Source of the DNA: Leptospira sp. | GTDB lineage: Bacteria; Spirochaetota; Leptospiria; Leptospirales; Leptospiraceae | Assembly: GCA_034439575.1 (NCBI GenBank) | Contig: JAWXAQ010000018.1 | Location: 1 to 10,498, forward strand | Reading direction: 5' to 3' | Length of the DNA stretch: 10,498 nt | In this document: one piece after another, positions 7,176-10,498 of the stretch | Layout of the letters: every line of letters starts with the position of its first letter | Numbering within the stretch: position 1 is the stretch's first letter | Program-made: the position numbers and the translations under genes | Notes under the pieces: model-generated | The model's input: only the letters and a program-made list of their open reading frames with translations | The model's database searches: none | What the model was told of the DNA's origin: nothing

Positions 7176-7388
7176 TTAAAATGGTAAATCATCTGGATCT
7201 ATTACTTTTTTTTCTTCAGTATCGTTATTTATATAAAATTCAAACACTTCTGTTTTTAAACCCTTCATATTCTTAGTTAATTCCTCAAAACACTTTAAAT
7301 TCATTCTTTCTAGTGCCATTTCTAGAACAACCATGCTTTCTAATATTCTTTCTAACTCGTATTTGCTGAATCGTTCTAGTTCTTTCAT
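7176..7388 (-). CDS. Hypothetical protein, 70 aa, ending in an SSB-like acidic tail DPDDLPF
   Basis: ORF track; the C-terminus matches the SSB C-terminal motif. Confidence 0.7.
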   Translation of the reverse strand: MKELERFSKYELERILESMVVLEMALERMNLKCFEELTKNMKGLKTEVFEFYINNDTEEKKVIDPDDLPF

Positions 7389-7389
7389 A

Positions 7390-7539
7390 TTATTTTGAAT
7401 TATATAATTTAATCTTGCATCTTACGCACTTGCTCATCAATTGTGTTTCATATTTATCATAGCTAATAATTTTCACCGCTTTCTTATTTGGTTTATGAAG
7501 TCCCAAAAAACAAAGTAAAACACCTAATTTTTTTTTCAT
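7390..7539 (-). CDS. DUF1660-like small Zn-binding prophage protein, 49 aa (not in ORF track)
   Basis: MKKKLGVLLCFLGLHKPNKKAVKIISYDKYETQLMSKCVRCKIKLYNSK: LLC-x4-H ... CxRC signature. Confidence 0.65.
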   Translation of the reverse strand: MKKKLGVLLCFLGLHKPNKKAVKIISYDKYETQLMSKCVRCKIKLYNSK

Positions 7540-7547
7540 ATTCTTAG

Positions 7548-7850
7548 TTAGTTCCTCAAAACGCTTATGATTTCTATAATATCGTAATGGTTAATATTAT
7601 CTTCTACCCACGTCTCGCATTCTTCTAATGTGTCGAACCTTTTTTCCACTCCGCCATCTCCCGCTAAATGGTATATGTTATATATCTCAATTTCTTCCCA
7701 TCCATATTCCCCGAATCTGTCTTCCTTTTCTTTTTTAATTTCCCAATTCGCCCTATCATCTGCACGATTGTATTCCATTGCTTCATCCGCGTCTTTGTAT
7801 GTGTCGTACTCTTCAATGACATTATCATACCAAGTTAATGCGTATCTCAT
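7548..7850 (-). CDS. Acidic hypothetical protein, 100 aa, paralog of 8623..9099
   Basis: About 54/92 identical residues ungapped by manual count; about 28% D+E. Confidence 0.85.
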   Translation of the reverse strand: MRYALTWYDNVIEEYDTYKDADEAMEYNRADDRANWEIKKEKEDRFGEYGWEEIEIYNIYHLAGDGGVEKRFDTLEECETWVEDNINHYDIIEIISVLRN

Positions 7851-7876
7851 AGTTTTTTAAATAATAAATAAATAAA

Positions 7877-8095
7877 TTAATCTTGCATAGGATTGAAACA
7901 ACTATAGCTGGCTGCATCAATTACCCGTTCACACTTTTGTGTAAGTGTGCAATCTGCATAACACCGTTCGACAAGCTCGTAGTACTCTTCTACTTTTTTT
8001 GTAGCGTCTTCCCTATTAATACTGAACTGGCTATATTTCGATAGTATCTTGACTACACGATTTATATAATCTTCCTTTGTGTGTGTTTTTTTCAT
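7877..8095 (-). CDS. Hypothetical protein, 72 aa
   Basis: Co-oriented ORF sharing an upstream motif with 8623..9099. Confidence 0.75.
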   Translation of the reverse strand: MKKTHTKEDYINRVVKILSKYSQFSINREDATKKVEEYYELVERCYADCTLTQKCERVIDAASYSCFNPMQD

Positions 8096-8116
8096 ATTTG
8101 TATAAGTAATAATTAA

Positions 8117-8521
8117 TTAATCCGCGGTCTGCATGAATTTGTCGTATACTTTTAATACTTGTTTTTTATCGAAATTATAATTTTTAATTGCAGCCTGAAA
8201 GCCGATATCTTGCAAGCCGTCAAAAGAATATTGCACTTCGTAATTGTTCAATTCTCTAAGTATTATTTTATCTGTGTCGTTGTTAGCCTTGTCTCTCTCT
8301 ACTTGTTGGCTTGTTATTCTTCGCATTCCATCACGCATTGCATCATAATTCTTAACTAAACAAAACATACCCGCCCCGCAATTCCTCACTTTGTCCCCCT
8401 CATTGATTAAGTGTTTTATTTTTTTGATTCCTTTTTTTAATTGCTCATTATTGAAAGCAAAAAATACCCCATTTTCTTTAAGTAATTTGTTTATCTCTAA
8501 TTCTTGTTGTTTGTTTCTCAT
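8117..8521 (-). CDS. Conserved-looking phage hypothetical protein (FFAFxxEQ...GAG...EL.N.E pattern), 134 aa
   Basis: The motif pattern resembles a widespread uncharacterised family from phage early regions; family name not verified. Confidence 0.7.
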   Translation of the reverse strand: MRNKQQELEINKLLKENGVFFAFNNEQLKKGIKKIKHLINEGDKVRNCGAGMFCLVKNYDAMRDGMRRITSQQVERDKANNDTDKIILRELNNYEVQYSFDGLQDIGFQAAIKNYNFDKKQVLKVYDKFMQTAD

Positions 8522-8560
8522 AGTTTTAATTTAATTGATAAAATATTCACTTTTTTTAAT

Positions 8561-8587
8561 GAGTTGTACGCAAAAATCGTACAACTC
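8561..8587. other. Perfect 10-bp hairpin without a U-tract
   Basis: gagttgtacg-caaaaat-cgtacaactc in an intergenic gap. Confidence 0.8.
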
Positions 8588-8622
8588 GCTATCTTCGGTT
8601 TCTAATTCTTTTCCATTTTTGT

Positions 8623-9099
8623 TTAGCAGTTATAACTAATTTTATAAGCATTCTCTGTAAAACTTCCATTTTTCTTATCTCGTTCTTCGTATTCTGTTAT
8701 AGCCCATTCCGCTTCATATCGTTCATTAAAATAATCAATCACATTAGATTTTGAATCTTTTGTCATGTATTGGTCTAAATGTACAATTTCAGGCTCGCTT
8801 CCGTCAGCTGTCTCTTTCATTCCCACAACCTCATAATGGCTAACCTCATTTTCTATCCACTCCTCGCACTTCTCTAATGTATCAAACGTTTTTTCTAATG
8901 CGCCATCTCCTACCGTATCGTATATGTTATATACCTCCACTTCTTCCAATCCCTCCTTAGTATATCTGTCTTCCTTTTCTTTTTTAATTTCCCAGTTCCC
9001 TCTATCCTCTTCAAGGTTGCTTTCCATCGCTTCATCCGCTTCTTCGTATGTATCGTACTCTTCGAAAACATCGCCATCTAAACTTAATCCGTATTTCAT
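8623..9099 (-). CDS. Acidic hypothetical protein, 158 aa, paralog of 7548..7850 with an extra C-terminal repeat
   Basis: Repeated motif EEYDTYEEA / KTFDTLEKC / DYFNERYEA. Confidence 0.85.
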   Translation of the reverse strand: MKYGLSLDGDVFEEYDTYEEADEAMESNLEEDRGNWEIKKEKEDRYTKEGLEEVEVYNIYDTVGDGALEKTFDTLEKCEEWIENEVSHYEVVGMKETADGSEPEIVHLDQYMTKDSKSNVIDYFNERYEAEWAITEYEERDKKNGSFTENAYKISYNC

Positions 9100-9129
9100 A
9101 TCTGTATAAGTAATAAATAAATAATAAAA

Positions 9130-9384
9130 TTAATCTCTAATAAAGTAAGAACCTTCAACTTCTCCCATATCTCTTAGTGTTTTGTATTTTTTTCTAAACT
9201 CTTTGTATTCTTCTTTAGTTACTTCCTCTATTAAATCTACTAATCCTATTTGCCCATTCTCTGTAGTTACATAACCTTGTGAACCTTCCGAAACAATTCC
9301 ATCCAAGTCTTTTGTGGATACTAAGATACTAAAGAAAGTATCTTCTCCATCCTGTAATGCTTCGCTTGTTTTGTAGTATTTCAT
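9130..9384 (-). CDS. Acidic hypothetical protein, 84 aa, first gene of the leftward transcript
   Basis: Directly downstream of the left promoter-leader cassette. Confidence 0.8.
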   Translation of the reverse strand: MKYYKTSEALQDGEDTFFSILVSTKDLDGIVSEGSQGYVTTENGQIGLVDLIEEVTKEEYKEFRKKYKTLRDMGEVEGSYFIRD

Positions 9385-9416
9385 GTTTGTTTTTGTAATA
9401 ATTAATTATAGAACTC

Positions 9417-9552
9417 AAGTAAGGTAGGAACTACTTAACTCGTACACTCATCTAATTTAATAGTTTGTTGTGCAGTCTTTGCGTTTCATTCTTTGATCCT
9501 TACTTGTTAATGTTCTAATGCTATTATATCCCGATATCGGGACAATGTCAAG
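9417..9552 (-). repeat. Left promoter-leader cassette (inverted repeat of 10051..10179)
   Basis: Manual alignment of its reverse complement to 10051-10179 gives about 112/128 identities and two indels. Confidence 0.95.
9523..9551 (-). promoter_or_regulatory. Consensus sigma70 promoter with a palindromic operator in the spacer
   Basis: TTGACA (9551-9546)-17 nt-TATAAT (9528-9523); perfect palindrome TCCCGATATCGGGA at 9529-9542. Confidence 0.9.
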
Positions 9553-9559
9553 TGTTTTA

Positions 9560-9588
9560 TTGCTTTTCTTTTCCGAATGTATTACTAT
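9560..9588 (+). promoter_or_regulatory. Putative promoter of the terS-like gene
   Basis: TTGCTT-17 nt-TACTAT, back-to-back with the leftward promoter, 8 nt before ATG 9597. Confidence 0.5.
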
Positions 9589-9596
9589 TACTATAT

Positions 9597-10055
9597 ATGA
9601 AAGACACAGGTGATATGACGATATTAGAGCTGCGCAAAAAGAATTGGGGATTGACTGACGCCGTATTAGCGAAGTTATTAGAAGCTTTTTCTTTTGATTA
9701 CACAATACAAGAAGCGTGCGCTTATGTATGTATTAGCACTAATACATTTTGCCGCTGGAATAGACAGTCTTCAGAATTCCGCGAAAGAATGGACAATGCT
9801 AAGTCTTTTTTAGGCATGACCGCGAAGGCAAATCTATACAGAGCAATTAAAAGGGACGGATCCGTTCCCGATTCCTGGGAATATTTGAAAAGGCGACAGA
9901 AAGAAATATACTCCGACAGACAAGAATTGACGGGGAAAAATGGCGACACATTAGAACTAAACATTTTTAATATTCTAGTTGCAATACAAAAAAGTGAACC
10001 CAAAACGATAGAAGGAATGCAGGCAATCCCTGCAGATTCGGAGGAAAGTCCTTGA
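9597..10055 (+). CDS. Terminase small subunit-like HTH protein (start at ATG 9597 or 9615 rather than GTG 9552)
   Basis: KLLEAF...TIQEACAYVCISTNTFCRW HTH, EF..RM..AK helix, YLKRR...YSDRQELTGKNG tail characteristic of TerS proteins. Confidence 0.75.
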   Translation: MKDTGDMTILELRKKNWGLTDAVLAKLLEAFSFDYTIQEACAYVCISTNTFCRWNRQSSEFRERMDNAKSFLGMTAKANLYRAIKRDGSVPDSWEYLKRRQKEIYSDRQELTGKNGDTLELNIFNILVAIQKSEPKTIEGMQAIPADSEESP

Positions 10056-10179
10056 CATTGTCCCGTTGTCGGGATATAATAGAGTTAGAAAGTAAGGATT
10101 CAAAGATTGAAAACCAAAGACTACACAATAAATTATTAAATTAAGTGAGTGTACGAGGCAAGTAATTCCTACTTTACTT
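10051..10179 (+). repeat. Right promoter-leader cassette (inverted repeat of 9417..9552)
   Basis: See the left copy; it begins within the last codons of the terS-like gene. Confidence 0.95.
10052..10080 (+). promoter_or_regulatory. Consensus sigma70 promoter with a palindromic operator in the spacer
   Basis: TTGACA (10052-10057)-17 nt-TATAAT (10075-10080); TCCCG-TTGT-CGGGA at 10061-10074. Confidence 0.9.
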
Positions 10180-10206
10180 TCTTTTTATATTGTTATTATT
10201 TAAAAG

Positions 10207-10338
10207 ATGGACTTAATCCAGATTGAGAGAAGAAAAAAATTGAGGCAGGAAATGGGGAAACTAAGCACGATAGATTACATCCAAGTTGTTTTATTTGTTG
10301 TATTTGTGTGGGTGATGTTGATTGTAATCTTAGTTTAA
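10207..10338 (+). CDS. Small C-terminal-TM membrane peptide, 43 aa (not in ORF track)
   Basis: MDLIQIERRKKLRQEMGKLSTIDYIQVVLFVVFVWVMLIVILV; first ORF after the right leader. Confidence 0.65.
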   Translation: MDLIQIERRKKLRQEMGKLSTIDYIQVVLFVVFVWVMLIVILV

Positions 10339-10358
10339 TTATTTATCAAAAACAAACT

Positions 10359-10498
10359 ATGCCACTAGAAATAATTGATGCAGATAAATTTGTGCTAGAG
10401 CAAGTCTTTAGACCCTATCAAAATATGCTTGGTGTAGAAAAGAGATTTGAAAAACAGCCATTTACTAATCAGAAAACTATTGAAATGCTGAAAGAAGA
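10359..10498 (+). CDS. Hypothetical protein, 3'-truncated by the window edge
   Basis: MPLEIIDADKFVLEQVFRPYQNMLGVEKRFEKQPFTNQKTIEMLKE... open to the end; preceded by CAAAAACAAA like other gene starts. Confidence 0.65.
   Translation, partial: MPLEIIDADKFVLEQVFRPYQNMLGVEKRFEKQPFTNQKTIEMLKE

Larger units (their letters stand above)
1..10498. mobile_element. Phage/prophage segment (early, recombination and replication module plus terS-like gene)
   Basis: Dense co-oriented small ORFs, a Sak4-like ATPase near an SSB-like gene, a helicase-like ATPase, an Xis-like HTH and a TerS-like protein; no housekeeping genes. Confidence 0.9.

Noticed and set aside
1240-9109. Plus-strand ORFs 1240..1458, 3433..3711, 4122..4385, 4923..5498, 6342..6614, 6771..7016, 7630..7860, 8159..8359 and 8924..9109
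   Set aside because: All are antisense to better-supported minus-strand genes and show no recognisable motifs.
9430-9500. c-di-GMP-I riboswitch resemblance (ACGCAAAG in the left leader)
   Set aside because: The motif is altered in the right copy (AACCAAAG), and no GNRA-capped stem or tetraloop receptor is visible.
9457-10003. Minus-strand ORFs 9457..9705 and 9722..10003, and the GTG start at 9552 for terS
   Set aside because: These ORFs are antisense to terS or span promoters; only the last 10 codons of 9457..9705 are kept as a uORF. GTG 9552 lies upstream of the putative terS promoter.
9417-10179. IS element or transposon (inverted repeats flanking one ORF)
   Set aside because: The ORF is TerS-like with no transposase motifs, similarity begins at the inner promoter ends, and no target-site duplication is seen.
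1-10498. Alternative genetic code (stop-codon reassignment)
   Set aside because: Long ORFs are intact in code 11, TGA is used in coupled ATGA junctions, and TAG ends the Sak4-like gene.

Overview
This window is an AT-rich segment of a dsDNA phage or prophage (standard genetic code). Bases 1-9384 are a leftward (minus-strand) early/replication region. Read from the right it contains small, mostly acidic hypothetical genes, small membrane peptides, an unlisted Xis/HTH_17-like DNA-binding gene, a probable replication origin, a 529-aa P-loop helicase-like gene, a Sak4-like ATPase, an SSB-like gene, an unlisted ribbon-helix-helix gene, and a 91-aa gene coupled to at least three tandem (Gly-X)n mini-genes. 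At the right end a terminase-small-subunit-like HTH gene (+) is bracketed by two ~130-bp inverted, ~87% identical cassettes. Each cassette has a perfect TTGACA-17-TATAAT promoter facing outward, a palindrome in the spacer, and a conserved ~100-nt leader with alternative stems and a 10-codon uORF. Other notable non-coding structures are an A-B-A'-B' interleaved-helix leader upstream of the helicase, tandem 49-bp dyad repeats upstream of the HTH gene, and a 28-bp direct repeat in the accessory gene cluster. All family assignments come from motif recognition by eye; no searches were run.
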